Of a stretch of DNA of 64,000 bases, positions 26,777-41,521 are shown piece by piece. The notes under the pieces are model-generated. The model was not told the DNA's origin and ran no database searches. It saw only the letters and a program-made list of their open reading frames with translations. Where the stretch lies: assembly GCF_964204645.1 (NCBI RefSeq), contig NC_134036.1, positions 4,308,600 to 4,372,599 on the forward strand, written 5' to 3'. Every line of letters starts with the position of its first letter. The stretch's first letter is position 1. Source of the stretch: Tubulanus polymorphus (taxonomy: Eukaryota > Animalia > Nemertea). The translations under genes and the position numbers were made by a program.

Positions 26777-28246
26777 AAATACAGTCTCGTAGCCGAAATC
26801 TAAAGCCCATATAAAATCCTTTATCGAATATTTCTACCGGATGTATACGCCCGCTCGGCGCACGCGCGCCTCGTCACTCGTATATGAATCGAAACGATCC
26901 ATAAATTGAATAACTTTTTTTCTATGTAATTTCGCGTTCAAGCGATGCATCGCTAACGAGGTTTCTTTAGGGGCAGGTATCGATTGGACACGTGTCAAGC
27001 ACAAAGTCGCGCGCGCGCGCGCGCCCGGATGAAACTAAATGGATATATTCTATTAGTCACGAGGTGAATCGACGGAGTTCCCACAGGCATCGAGAAACCT
27101 GAACTATAGGCGTCGAATTTGCAAACTTATGATACAAAGAATGATTACGCGCTGTTCTAGGGCTACAAAACGTCGACAACTAGCTCTGCTGAAGTTTTGA
27201 GACCACACCATGACGATCGGGCGTATTGGGAAAAATAAAACTCCCTGGTATTGACCGACACTACCACCTGGTGGGTTAACTGATAAATGCAAAAGATTGC
27301 TGAAGTGACGTCTAAAGAGTTTGCGAACGATCAACGCTTTCCTATTTTTCTCAATAACGGAATGACCTCAAAAATATTGACTTATCTAGATTGTGCATTG
27401 ACAAATTATGTAAAAGCAAATCGCGACCTTTAGCGAGACATATCAATTAGAAAATACTCTTAATGTCTTGCATAAAAAAAAAAACTAAGATTTCGTTTCG
27501 CTGCCAGGGTTTCTTTGCCACCTGTACGGATATGAAAGCAAAGTTCACGGTCATTCGGCGATCGAAGCGCCACCTATCCAGACGGGCGTGCCGCGGCACC
27601 GTCGCCGTCGTTGTCTTCGGGCTCGCGATCGATGAAGCCGCGTAGCCGCCGCGCTCAAATCGATCGCGTCGTCGACTGTATCGCGTTTCAGCCTCGTCGT
27701 CGACGTTCTAATAAATAATAAAATCCGATTCGTTTTTGTTAAAATTTAATCCGCTTGTCTGCAGCCGCTCGGCACGGCGCGCGCTAATGCGAGTGCGACG
27801 GCGCCGACGAGGGGCCGGTGTATACGGCAAAATCGTGATTGATTTTCTAGAATTGATTTGAATCGATCAGGACCGCGCCGCCTCGTCCGCGTTATTTGCG
27901 AGTCGTCTTAACGCTTGAAATGGATGACATATTTCAATATTATGCGTATACGCGGTGATGATGGAGCCTTTTTACAAATTACGGGATGCTGGGAGATTTT
28001 TATCGGTTCCATAAGGCCGACGTCGTGATGTCATAACATCCCTGCGAAGGAGGAACGCGGTCGAGTCTCGCGATGCCATCGGGTTCGAATCCCCGCGAGG
28101 GAAGAACGTGACCGAGTCTCGCGATGTCATCCTGACTTTTTTCGCAGAGATCCGAACTCTTAGTCCCCGCGTGAAAGTGACGAGTTAGAAATCGGCCATC
28201 AAATACAAGCAAAGGACGATAGGTCTGATCCAGCCTCTAGGGCCCG

Positions 28247-28374
28247 GGGCCCAGTTTCACAAAAAAGTTAAACTCAAATTGTTGTTATCGCTATTAGTTA
28301 CTTCACATTTTCAATGAGGACAACAATTCAAACTTAACCGTTTTAGGGTTAAACTTTTTCGTGAAACTGGGCCC
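28247..28374. mobile_element. 128-bp MITE with ~27-bp terminal inverted repeats
   Basis: Left end GGGCCCAGTTTCACAAAAAAGTTAAAC; reverse complement of right end GGGCCCAGTTTCACGAAAAAGTTTAAC (2 mismatches). GGGCC termini resemble PIF/Harbinger, but no clean TSD is visible. Confidence 0.85.
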
Positions 28375-28414
28375 AGGGCTTCATTAGTTCGTTGGTCCCG
28401 TAGCCAGGCGCGGG

Positions 28415-28612
28415 ATTATTTTATGATTGTTATTATTCATGTAGTAATTCTTATCATTAATGTTATCATTACTATTATAACTATTAATATTATTATCATT
28501 ATTATTATTATTACTATTATTGTTATTAACATTATTATTACTACTACTTTTATTATTATTCTTATGATTATTATTATCATTATTAATATTATTAATATTA
28601 TTATTATTACTA
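28415..28612. repeat. Degenerate (ATT)n low-complexity tract
   Basis: Directly visible; produces the poly-Asn and poly-Ile ORFs in the track. Confidence 0.95.
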
Positions 28613-31600
28613 TATCTCTTTTGTAAAAAATTGCACCAATAATGCACTATGCACAGGGCTTCAGTGCCTTAATTTTTAAGTACAGCCTTTCGGCGCGCAC
28701 CGTATGTGCGGTTTACGAAAAATCAATATCTATCTATCTATGCCGTCCGAGTTCGAATCCCCCCTTCCCCACACCGAGCGAGAATCGTCGCCGCGTTACG
28801 ACCATATTGTCGGCGTCGCCTCATCGATACCAATCGCGATTAATCGGCTCTCGCGGTCGTCGGCGATACGCGGTCGATTAATAAATACGTAATTCTATCA
28901 TCCGCGTATAGAGTTAAATAGCGTTAAGCCCCGTCGACGAGAACAGGTTGTCTAGGTATTATATAGCATCATCATCATCATCATCAGCAGCGGCAGTAGC
29001 AGCATCGGTAGCGGCGACGACGACCCGGGTATCAATCGATTGCGCGGATTTATTTATATACGCCGTAATAATTAAACCGTATAATATCGTGTATACAACG
29101 ATTGGCTGTGTATATACGTGATTTCGATGTTGTACTATCGATGATAGCAGTTACACCGGCTTGGAGTAATTGCGCGCCTCATTACTTACAGAAATTACAG
29201 GCAATAAATAACCAGGTGGTTTATACGTATACGTTTTCTATAATTGGGATACTCCATCGTACCGTATTTACAAGTGGAATATTGTACAAGTTGGCCGCCT
29301 TTACTTGACTTTATTTTTATCTGAGTTTTCCCCTGACTTGATCTGGTAAGAATCAATCAATTAACACAACCAAATACGTAAGACGTAGACTGTTTGATTT
29401 TACGCGCTATCTAGCCTCACTTCTCCCCGACGTTTGGCTTTTTGTCACAAAATTCCCCCGACCATCGATCGAGTGTCAACGCACGGAAAACGACTCGAGT
29501 AAAGTTTTTCCCAAATCTCGACGTAAAGAGACGATCTAGGATTCCCTGGCTAAGTAACGGTCACTTAACGATGATAACATAGATAATCTAAACTATGCTT
29601 AATTCTACAACCGAATTTTTGGAATTTTGAAGATGATGCTGCATTTAGAAAGGTTCGAAAGATGGCATGAAATGGGCTGAATTATAGTTGGCTAATATAA
29701 CAGCGTTGAAGGTCTCAAGTGTCTTGAATTTCCCGACTACAAATGGCCCCGAAGATGGTGTATTTAACGGCTATAAATTGTCTGAATTTTCGTGAATTCG
29801 ACTGAAAAGACCATCATTTTCCTGACTACGTAAGATCGCGAAGGCGATGCATATTAATGTATCTAAAAAGCCTGAAATCTACTGTATTTATAGGTTAGAA
29901 GATCGCAAATTTCTCGAGTCGCCTGGCTACGCAGTTATTAGCTCGAAGTTGCCCGTATTCTAGTAGTTTAAGAGATGCATGGCTTTCGAATTAGATGGCT
30001 TTTGAGAAGAAGGTCAACATCGCGTTCGATGTCGTTTCTAGGCGCTTTAATGCCGGTTATATATATATATTCTGTGCGGGGCTAGGAAATTTAAATGACG
30101 TTTCTGTCAATTACCCTCGGAACGTCGGGAATTGAAACTACAGCGGCGCGTTACATCAGGTGCGCGCCGGCGTCGACGTGTCGATGCCATTTTAATTAGG
30201 CGTTCGCTCCCCAGGGGGCGATACCCCGTACACGAGTGAGAGAGCGCGTTCGTCTGATATCGAGGGAAATTAAAAACGACACGGGTGTATTTTCTACTTC
30301 AAACGACCGTCGACTTAAGATCGAAAATGAAAACGAAAATCCATATTTACGATGAAAAGGAGACATATATGAAAAGGGTATTGACGCTATTTTCAAAACT
30401 GACACTTATGAAAAATGGCTCGTAGAATTGAGCAGAAAGCCAATTGCTAGCGTAGGATTGAGTCAATACTCTCTTAGTTTTTCATCATATTGTCCTTTTT
30501 CCTTAAACGGTCGAGATTTTCAAAGCGACATTCATATTCGATGATTCAAAACCTAGATTACGGGCGTGTACATCGGGTTCGGGGAAGGGGGTCGGGGACA
30601 TCTCGCGGACGGCGTTATTCGGAAATTGCGCTAGGCGAAAAATTGCGCGAACCTTTCAAAACGCCGACGATCAATACAGATCAAGGAGCTAAAGCTTCTC
30701 TTGATAATCATTTTTTCTCTATCTATAAGGGCTGTTTCTATTTCTACGAGCTTCACTAATCGTCGCTTCAAAGAGGTCCGTCATCTAATATTGATACATC
30801 GTTAGTGTCTACGGCGCAGGTGCGTCATACCTACAATATCATATATGATATTCATTAATTTCGTATAAATTACGTATACGAAAAAATGATATCATTTCTC
30901 ATTTCGTAACTATATCCTAAGGGAAATATGGTACAGCTGGATTATGAAAAATCTGGTGGGTTTTTTTCAAAAAAGTAGAAACTAACCAGGCCAGTGCCAT
31001 CTGGTAGGCAGCCATGCTGGATTATGTCGAAACATCGAGTCAAGATCATTTCAAACAGCGTTTAACGCTCTCAAAAATATTCGAGCTCATATCCGCGAGG
31101 CCGCAGGTGAAGCTCGTCGATTGGCCCCGATTCGGAATTATCAGAATCGACAACAAAGCGAAATTCGATATTTCATCGTAGCCATCGTGTTCAATCCACA
31201 AGCTCGAGTATTATATCTTGGATGAGCGCTGGGCCCCATTGTTACAGCTCCACTTACCGAGGCCTATTTACCGTATATAGTTCGTATAGGCGCGCGTGCC
31301 TGAATCGACCGCGCGTGCTAATCCGCGAGCTAATCGGGGTCGAGTAGGTTTAAAAAAAAGGAGCTCGCGGAAATCCGTCCATATGGCCGCTTTGAAACGA
31401 ACTCGAGATTCCACGTGGCCCGTGCCGCCCACCCGTCCAACACACCGCGATCGAGTTTTTGTGTCCACGCGCTATTTGACCTACAACTCGATTTTTGTAA
31501 GGGTCTCTGGCGCCCGTGGCGTGGCGTGTGCTATGCCTTCTGTCAGCGCGCACGATGATGACGCTGTTCTGCCCACACAGTTGCGTTCCAGGTATTACCC

Positions 31601-33079
31601 CTCCTGGTGTATATAACCTTCAAAACCAACTATTCTTGCAGTCAAAAAGAATAGAAATCGACTGTAATTTATTTATCACGAATTAGAATCCGCGTATAGA
31701 ATAAACTACCAGCTCAAGGAAACGTTTTCGGACTTAATATTTTTTCGTCGCTATCGTGGGATTTTCTGCGTATATTAACAGATACTATAGTAGCGAAGGC
31801 TGTTACTACAAATAAAATGAAGTTAACCTTCAAATTATGAAGCTATTCATCTTCACGCGTTTACACCGAATCGAAATTCGATTATAGACAACAAAAGACT
31901 AGAAAATACGCGTAATCAGTATAGTTTCGCTGATACACTAGTCGCAGATGGCTATATTAGCATAGTACTTAGTGTCTATGCGCGCGCGCGCTATCCGCTC
32001 TGTTCGAGGACGCCATCTGGGCCGTCGTTTAAGATTTGTATTGTATACGGTTTTGTAAGGCCGTAACAAAAAATGAGAAATCCGGGCGCGATTGATTGAT
32101 CGATTAATCGTTTAGCATAATTATACGAGCAGATAATGAAAACGATATAGAATATAGAGATTGCTCGTCGGATCGTGTGCGTCGTATTAGTGACGGTATC
32201 TCTAGTGTAGACACACGACCGGTACCAGCTGCTGCTGCTGCCGACGCGATCAGTGCAAGATTGATAAGCGCGTCGCCCGGGCGTTCAGTTATTTGCATAG
32301 AGATGGACCCACAAGGCGTCGGAGGGTTCGAATCCTGCTGCTTTGACAATCGCGGGTGAACTATATTCCACCCAGCATCGACTATGAGGGAATTCCACAG
32401 AACCGCTCAAAGCGGTAATAATATGCACTAAAATTGCATGTGTACTGAAATTTTCAATTTTTTTTGGAAACCCCAAACTCCGCTACAAGCGCTTTCGACC
32501 AGGACGCCGGCGACGACTACAAAGTTCCCTTTTCGTATGAAATGAGCCCCCGTTTCTTCCAGCCCCTCTGTTGACGTAGCTATACGTAATTCGTTTGCAG
32601 TTTTGAACCGTTTTCGTGATAGACGGTTTTTTAAAAAGGTGCCACCTCTATATAAATCTATATATAGTAATCAAATTCGATGATGTCATAGCCGGATTTG
32701 AAGAAGCTGGCGCATCCTTTTCTAGAAGGCTCCGCCGATAGAGACGACCGTCAGACCGACCAATCATCGGGGCCGATCGATTATACTAGGCTGAAGAGAG
32801 TAATGTAGCCTCCAGCGGCACTCTCAGCGCATTACGGAGATAACCGGGTACAAAAAGATTGCGGCGACTCGTGCGAGCTCGACTACGCACTATGCTACGA
32901 CACGAAGAGAATTGATTTCCTTTGTCTCTCTCGGCGCGGCACTCTGCTCCACTCTCTCTCTCTCTCTCTCTGCTCGCTAGAATATAATATCCGTGAGTTT
33001 CTTTTTAACGAATTATTATCGCGTCACGGCGATCGTTATTCGTAATGTATATTTATTAGCCGCGACTGTCAGTTCGCCG

Positions 33080-33081
<2 letters not shown>

Positions 33082-33112
<31 letters not shown>
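33082..33112. repeat. (AG)n microsatellite, one of many GA/CT tracts (e.g. ~1580, 6605, 6780, 8295, 15000, 15790, 32955, 55835)
   Basis: Directly visible. Confidence 0.95.
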
Positions 33113-33117
<5 letters not shown>

Positions 33118-36100
33118 AAGAGAGGGCTAGGAGCGAATGACGGGCGGCGTGAGTCATCGCTAAAGATAGATCGAGCTAGCGCTCTCGGAATATACGCGCT
33201 TTGTTATCCGCGAATGTATCGCCGTGCTTAAAACGATACGTGCCCGGTATAGCTCGCTATAACCGTGGCAGGAGAGGGTTCCCGGTATCGCTTGTTTAGA
33301 CTGCGAAATTTCCACCCGCGGCAAGTGAGGGAAATTGCAACAAGTCGGCGAGGCTTGCCTAAACTGTTGTAGTACATAAAATGGACCTACTGGTCTACCA
33401 GGTGCGCCACTGCACGGAGGGGCTACAATAACCCACTGTGGCAAGCGGGGATCCGCTAGGGGCGCTCAAATACAGTCAGGCATTTACCACACCCACTATG
33501 CGAGCGAGAATCCACCAGATGTCGCTAGTTTACGGTTGGCATCGTTTTTTTTTTACCAATCGCGGAAAGTAAGGATCCACCAGGTCGGCTAGTCTACTGT
33601 ATAGGGTATCCGACTACTACTGTGGCTAGAAATGTTCCGCTAGGTGCGCTAGTGTACAGAAAGCAGTCGCTAGGTTCATTTTCCAGATTTTTTTCGAACT
33701 GAGGTCTACAATCGCGGAATAATACGCACTACAAATCCACGTACACCAGAATATGAACGCACGTAAAAATACAAATATGTCGGATTACCCCCATTTAAAT
33801 CGGCGACGGTCTGATGATGGATCACTATTTTTTTATTAATAGTTTTTATTTATTGAATATAGTCTCGCCATAACCATACATCTGTCTACGTGTATAGATA
33901 CACAAACAGATATACGCGCATATCTATACGCGTTACGAAATTTCGGAATAAATTTGCATATAATTACCGCGGGAATTGATGCGAATTCGACGAGTCGTAG
34001 AATAGTATATGCTTTTTGTAAGTGCTTACCAGCCTAAGTAAAACCCACCCCCACTCCGGGAAAAATGTTCGTCAGAATGTTCGAAACTTGGTTAATTCGA
34101 TAATCATCGATTTACCTATGTATATATGAAAATGTTAATGAAATCATTTCCATAAATTTGTTTGTTCAGCCTTTGACGTAAAACTAGTGAGCGTCCACAT
34201 GGGTCTGTTGGTTCAGCGTTTTTTCTATAGTGTTGGAAATGACAAAACGAGTTTCGTTTCAAAAAACAAATTGCGTAATAAAACAGTTCGATGACATTAT
34301 AACGCTCGCAATGAGCACGAATGTAATGAGGCTATGGGTGTTGGTAGGCTCGGGCCGACCGCTTAAAGCTCGGTTTGGGGGTCTAACCGCCAGCTGCCAG
34401 TTGTTAGAAATGAGTTAGGGTTAGCTCGGAATTGTGACAAGTTCGTTAGCTTGTTTTAATTAGCCTTGAAACTCCGGAGCCGAGTTTATAGACTGGTATA
34501 TTATCTTAACACCATACTTCGAAATATAGCTGGATAACGAGCTTTAACAATAGTTTGGATTCCAATTTTACAAATACATATATACATATTCTGAAATATC
34601 GAAAATAATTGGCGCGTATGGGTAGGTATATATTAAATTCGCGTCGTAACATTTATCTTCGCGCTTTGAAGTCGAATTTTGTTTCGGGCTACATCGGGTT
34701 TCTTTGTGAAATCGGAACCCTTGTTTAGCTGGCTTTAAACCCCGGTCGGAGTCGCCGCCGCCGGCTGTGATGTGTAATATATATATATAGTTCGCCGGTA
34801 CCGCCTCGAGTCGTAGATACACGAATACTATACTTGTGATATTGTGTAACTTGATGTTTCGTGTCCGAGCCCGGGAGGAACGCCGCCGCCACCGAAGGAT
34901 ACGCGCTCGTGTCATCAAGAACATCCAGAAAAATATGGTCGGCCTTCGCGAAAAGTTAAAAACATGATGAACCTAGTGATAAACCTTAGAACCTAGTTGA
35001 TATACTTAGCTTTAGAGAACCTCCCCAGGATAAATAAAGGGCTACCCCGGAACTTGTTCCCCGTCGATTCGTAAAACTGACACGGCCTTCTGTCGATAGA
35101 GAAGGCCGCCTCCGCAATCCCGGGAAGCTTCGCCGAGAAGTAGATGTCCGCAATCGTAAATCATACCGAGTGACATTATCAAGTTGTTAATCTTTAGGAA
35201 AGCTGGCTGCTTTCGTGCATCAGGAACACTTCCAGAAAATATGGCCGCCCCCAAGAAATTCCCCCAAGATATATGACATCATCATCAGTGACGTAATTGA
35301 TGTTGCCTTACACGTATCTATGTCCCTGTTTTTGTGACGGTTTCGAAATCGAAGTGCCAACTTAACAGAAACAGTTACGAATGCTATAATTGCAAAAATG
35401 ACATTCGATGTCGCTGATGAAAGGTCAAGGAGCGCGACGTCATCAGTTAAAGATCACAGCAGCGGTACAAATCCTTAATATATAGAATAACGGTGATCGA
35501 TATATCTGTTATATTAAAATATAGCATTTATCTACAAATCATTGATACAAAATTATGTGAGTGTTAATATAGAACTTGTATATCGATATGGATAAGTGCG
35601 TTTGTATACGAAAAAAGAACACTCGCTATTTTATCGAGTTATTCCGCCAATAAGGCCGCTTATACTTAGCAATCGTTAAGTCTGTGAAGGTCTTTTTTGC
35701 TGCTTTAAAACCCCATTATATATCTAAATTTGAAACTAAAATTTCTATTACAAATCGTCCATCTTCTGACCATCGTCAGGTGTGGAGAAATGCATTAAAT
35801 CAGTGGTCTTGTATATAGGGAGGAGAACAAATCAATTGCGTATCAAAATTTCTGTGCGATGAGGCAAATAGCGAATTACGGGGGACATAATTGAACTACC
35901 TCGAAAGAAGAGGCATAAACATGATGAAAACGATTATCTAAAAACGATTATTTGAATATTCATTTCAATAGCGCGCGATGTTAGTCAGCGATGGTCTCTA
36001 CGGAGAGGAGTGCGAAACGTCGCGTATTTCAATTTTCGATTTAATGAATCCGTTTTTAATCCTTTAGGTTAAAATCGATGACTTATTTCTCATGATCCCG

Positions 36101-36869
36101 ATAGAATTTTTAATCAGTTTATTTCTATTGCTATAAAAAGTAACGGAGATATAGGCGGCCAGTCGGGTCAACCTTAAAGCTCAATAGAAATGGGAAAAGA
36201 GGCAGAAATTGTTTTCAGGTTTGAATTTGTTTATAGAGTTGGTTTCAATCTATCATCATCTCTACTCCCCACGTCCGAGTCGGCGTGGCTATTCTACCGA
36301 GACTTATCCGATTAATTTTCGTTGCACAACTCAAATAGCAGTATAATATAGTCTCTCCCGGAGAGCTAGTAGTACGTGTATATATAAACAAGCATCTTCG
36401 ATTTCGAATTCGCATCGTCGTTATTAATAAGCGTCGTATAGACGAGCTAGCGCGGCGTGTACATACGCAAATATATTCGTCGTCGTCGTATTATTAAGCG
36501 CATGAAATCGAATTACATCCGAATCTATCAATCCGTATCTATCCGCCTAACTAACGACTAATACGCCGGATCGTCGGCGCGTAACGCGAGGTCAACCCGG
36601 CTCCAACACTGCCTCGGGTCATCATCTATAGAGACGCGGGAGGATCCGATCCGGGATGAAACTGGAAGCGGGATTTATTATCTATGGGGAGAGAACGTCG
36701 TAAAAGATGCGCGCCACGGTCTGATCGGTTTGCGCTGTATTAAGGAATTGGGGTTGGTTCTGCAGTCATTAGTTTAAAGTCGAAATCATATCAGTTGATA
36801 TAATTTCAACACAATTAGAATTAAGATTTAAGGGTATATGTCCACGAAGGTTGTTGACTTTAAATGGAA

Positions 36870-37372
36870 AATCGGTGTTTAAACATCCTTGTACATGGGC
36901 CAGTTACAGGAAGGTTGTTTGATATTAGTCAGTGTTTAAATACCGCGGTACAAGGGACAGTGACTGAAAGGTTGTTGTTTAACATAAACCAGTGTCTGAA
37001 TACTGCGGTACAGGGGTCAGTTACTGAAAGATTGTTTAATGTAAACCAATGTTTGAATACTGCGGTACAGGGGTCAGTTACTGAAAGGTTGTTTAACAAA
37101 AACCAGTGTTTGAATACCGCGGTACAGGGGTCAGTTACTGAAAGGTTGTTAAATGTAAACCAGTGTTTGAATACTGCGGTACAGGGGTCAGTTACTGAAA
37201 GGTTGTTTAATGTAAACCAGTGTTTGAATACTGCGGTACAGGGGTCAGTTACTGAAAGGTTGTTTAACAAAAACCAGTGTTTGAATACTGCTGTACAGGG
37301 GTCAGTTACTCAAAGGTTGTTTAATGTAAACCAGTGTTTAAATACCGCGGTACAGGGGTCAGTTGCTGAAAG
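36870..37372 (-). repeat. 57-bp minisatellite family A, about 9 units, reverse orientation
   Basis: Reverse complement of the family A unit; explains the 19-aa periodic ORFs 36864-37376 and 36929-37270. Confidence 0.97.
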
Positions 37373-38744
37373 TTAATTTCAACGTCAAATAACATTTCAA
37401 ATCCCGAAAGGATTATACAATACTTCGAATACAGATGCAGCTTATGTTACGGCTGATGTGTAATAGTGACTGGTGACGATAATTCCTGTGTCACGTTATT
37501 CTTCAGACTCAGTGATTCAAAGCTCGTCGGTATAGCGATATCATACGGCGTCGATCGATAACGACACACAAAGGCTGTTATATCCATCATAACACGACGG
37601 CGACTGCATCCGCAGCGGCAGCGGCAGCAGCAGCAGCATCACCGTCACCAGCCTCCCGAGCGTAACGAAGCCGTCGTATCTCATAGTAGACGATGCCTAA
37701 TAGACATCGACGCCGCGGCATAAGCAGTATCAGCAGCAGCCTCAGTGTAGCAGCGGCCACAAGATACGCCGTTCAGATCCGACGTCGTCATAAACGCCTC
37801 TTCCAACTACCGGACGTATCTATCCGGCCCGTCGGGACCTGCTCTGCCGGCGCGGGGTTTAAAATCCGGGACCCGATTCCACAGTTGCCGGCGTTAAGAG
37901 GTTAAGCGCGCTGGCTGCCCGCGGGGACTGTCGCCGCGGCGCTGGCGCCGTGGTTGGATTTCCGAAACGGATCGATTCGATCGAGATCGCCGGACCCATC
38001 GTTAGCCAGTTCTGTTCTGTATTCGGTCGAAACCGAATTCATGATATCGCGGGGATTAAGCAATGACGTATTACGTCAATGTACATGATATTCTTACATA
38101 ATGTACATACCGCTATAATAGATACACAAGAAAATGGGAAAGAAATTTCCCGATGTCTTAGGTTTGAACAGACATATAGCCACGATCACACTGCGACGGT
38201 TTAACCAGGGTCAAATATTGGCCCGCAATACACCCAAGTCGAATTTGGTGCTGGCTCAATTGAGCCAATTTCAGAACCAAAAAGTATTCACAGGCAATGG
38301 TTTGACCCGTGTTGAAATTTGGCACAGGCCTGATCCGGAGTTTGGCCCAATGAAATTCGGCTGCTATTCCTACAAAATCTCGTCGGTGTCAAAAACACTT
38401 CGTGACATCGCGCGACTTATGACATCATTTCCATTATCGCCAGGAACGGATATACAGGGACGAACTGCGATAGAATATTGGGCGACTCGGTGCAATGTTT
38501 ACGACCCCGAAGCTCTACCGAGTCGAGCCATATATACGCGCCACGCGATAGAATCTATTACGACCGCGAGTGCATTTTGATGTCTCCTCCAAATCAACCA
38601 AAATGTACCCGGCCGAATTAACCGACGCGGATTGATGATAAATGATATCGAAGATAATAGAAAAAAAAATCGCATACAGATGAACTACGAGCTTTATGAA
38701 ATGGAGACAGATATATGACAAAGTTACGACGAATAGCCAACAGG

Positions 38745-38918
38745 AAAGTTGTTTTAACACCCTCAACCCGCTAAGCGCCACGCCGGGTATTATACGCGGG
38801 TTCGATGTTTCTTTTTCCCAATGGGGGAGAGACCAGAGAAGAACCTTCGACCAAGAAACTCTGTCGCCACCGGGGTTTGAACCCATAAACCCTGGATTGA
38901 CGAAAGACCAGTGACTAG
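38745..38918 (-). mobile_element. tRNA-derived SINE-like remnant
   Basis: Minus strand reads GGTCTTTCGTCAATCCAGGGTTTATGGGTTCAAACCCCGGTGGCG (B-box-like GGTTCAAACC in a T-arm-like stem), then a body ending GTGTTAAAACAAC. Related head fragments at about 14470-14580 and 14700-14735. Confidence 0.5.
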
Positions 38919-39711
38919 GAAAGTGGCGTTAGTTAACAGTTTATGAGACAGGTTTCACAAGTAACCTTGTCGCTTGCCTTTACAACGCCGTTTTTGCACG
39001 CCTAATCAGTTTTGAAAATCACCCATAGGTCAAATTATTTATATTCACATATTCTTTCCTATTCGTGTACGGTGCAGGTGACGATACTATGCCCGCAGCC
39101 ACCTGACCTATATTCCGGTGTTCCGGCGACCTAGCGCGCATACACACAGAAGACCGGAATAATGATACGGCGAAAACACTTTACCAAACAACGACGCATC
39201 GCACAAAGAGGTTGCGTGAAAGAGGCACAGATGGGCTCGTTGGTTGGTGTCTATAGGCGCTTAAATACTCTCACATCTGCCCGGGTATTAATATTATCGT
39301 CATTACATACAGCACGAAGCTATGAATGAACGCGATATTTCCGCGTGTCATTGTACAACGAAGTCCTATTAAAGTATGTATAAGTAAGAATGAATTTTGG
39401 AAGGAAAATTTAAAACTCAAGCTCATATATACATTATGCCGATATCCCCTATATCTTGAACAAATTTAATTAACCTTCAAAGTAAATGATCGTTTTTATA
39501 GTTATTCCATGGCAAACGCGTGCATTTTCCGCATTACTTACCTCGATGATAGTTTAGAAAATGTTTGTCGAAATCGCGGTGTTTTTTTAACGAAGTGTTC
39601 ACCTATAACGCCCATCGTGAAAATGTGGCCGATATGCATGGCCACAGCTATGGGCGTATGGACCAAGAAAAATTAAAGAAATTAAGATTTAAGTCCGAGT
39701 TAACTCCTCGC

Positions 39712-39996
39712 AAAATGAACTAATTCGGAGTTAACACTAACTAATAACTGCGGAACTGGGTCCTGGTGGATGTAGGTACAAAATGAACTAACTTTAACTC
39801 AGAGTTAACACTAACTAATAACTGTGGAACTGGGTCCTGGTAGATGTAGGTACAAAATGAACTAACTTTAACTCAGAGTTAACACTAACTAATAACTGTT
39901 AAACTGGGTCCTGGTAGATGTAGGTACAAAATGAACTAACTTTAACTCAGAGTTAACACAAACTAATAACTGTGGAACTGGGTCCTGGTAGATGTA
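39712..39996 (+). repeat. 74-bp tandem repeat, 4 copies, containing a TIR-like element end
   Basis: GGAACTGGGTCC-type anchors at 39752, 39826, 39900 and 39974. Confidence 0.93.
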
Positions 39997-41386
39997 TGGT
40001 TTACGGTAGTTTTTAATAGAAAGTGGTTGCTATTATTAGCACGACATTACCGAGAGCCGATCGTAAAAAGCCCTCCGCATCGACGATAAAACTCGCGCGT
40101 TACAACGCGCGGACAAAGGAAACCACGACGGTCTGGCGCGCGTGAAGAGCAGAATTACCTCTATCTAAACGCTCGTAAAACGATATACACACGTGCACCC
40201 CCGCGCGCACCCGGCCCAGAGTCAGTCGCACTAACGCCATTAGATCGGCGAAATAACGGTCATAAATTATTCAGATTTTAATTAGAATTTATCGGTAGTG
40301 ACGTGTGTGTGTGTGTGTGTGAGGCAAACGCATTAGCATCGGCCAGCGATGTGCACAGGTACAACGACGAGCCCGTCGATACGGTATACAGCATCGTTCA
40401 AAGAGAGATAGAGAGAGATAGGGAGAGTGAGGGATTTAATCTAGACCATCTCGTTTTTACTACGAGCTAGCATCATCGTCGTTTTACAATTTACATTGTT
40501 CTTAGGCCTTTCGTTTACTAAAAGATTGGGTTTAGATCATGGGCTCTAAAATAGAAGGTGGTTACATAAGGTCTGAATGTCTTAATTAGGGTGTCGATCT
40601 AAACCATGGACCCTTATTCAGACATTCTGTGGCCAAAGACGTCCATATAGATGGTATATTAAGGAAGAAAGTGATCAGGTTTGTGGAAGCCCTTGATGAA
40701 CTATCGATTTTAGTTCATCCTCGATCGCGGGCTGCATGAGACATATTATGCCCGAATATCAAAAGATGTATGTCGTTATAAAAGACGACTTGATGGCGAC
40801 GCAACATCTCCTAAATAGATCCTTAACGTTTTTTCGACCGAAAGTGTCATCATAAAGATAAATCAGCTCGACCAAGGATTTGCGATCGAGGAAATTGAGG
40901 ATTCCGAGGTGAGACTTCCAACCGACAAAACTAATGATAGCACGGTGTTTTGGGGGAACTCAGGCCGCACGGAACACCGCTTACATTCCTCACGATATAC
41001 AGCGGGCTCGCGGGTCGCTTTAATCAGCGGCAGGTCCCGGGCTGCTGTCTGGCGCGCGGATTACCCGTACGCGACTAGTACATACCGCAAACATACGGAT
41101 CGAGAGTTAGAGAACGCGCGCGCGAGGAGAGAGAGAGAGAATGATCAATATCGGATATTGGATTTCACGACATTGACTCACATTCTAACAATAACCAACA
41201 TCCACTAGTGGCCACGAGACTCGATCGCTAATAGCATATACTTCAAATATATAAATCACTAGATGGCCATTCAATATACATCGAACACGCATTAGTGCAT
41301 ACAGAATAGGTAAATACTGAACTTATCGATATGGGACGCTGAGAGACCGCATAAGCCGCGATTACACGGAGACGATTTTGGCCCGG

Positions 41387-41521
41387 TGTCGTAGCATCAG
41401 ATGCGTTCCGATGTCAGATGCCCCCCCTGACTATCTGGAGTAACCCTTAACTTTACCCTCAATCCTGACATCTATCGTTAGGGAGGGGCATGAATAAGTG
41501 GAGGCATTTCGACCTATGACA
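41387..41521. mobile_element. 135-bp non-autonomous element, Ginger1-like
   Basis: Termini TGTCGTAG...CTATGACA (TGTNR type) flanked by CCGG at 41383-41386 and 41522-41525, with a central degenerate TAACCC-like tract. TGT...ACA ends with a CCGG TSD are described for Ginger1 DNA transposons. Confidence 0.65.

Noticed and set aside
28384-28647. Poly-Asn and poly-Ile ORFs
   Set aside because: Product of an (ATT)n low-complexity tract.
32310-32345. Possible tRNA genes at GGTTCGAATCC motifs (also about 28081 and 28750)
   Set aside because: B-box only; no cloverleaf could be built, so these are more likely SINE remnants or chance matches.
36864-37376. 170-aa ORF with 19-aa repeats, and similar ORFs at 8501, 15158, 15222, 36929 and 53237
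   Set aside because: Translation of the 57-bp minisatellite; the unit is 3n and occurs in both orientations.
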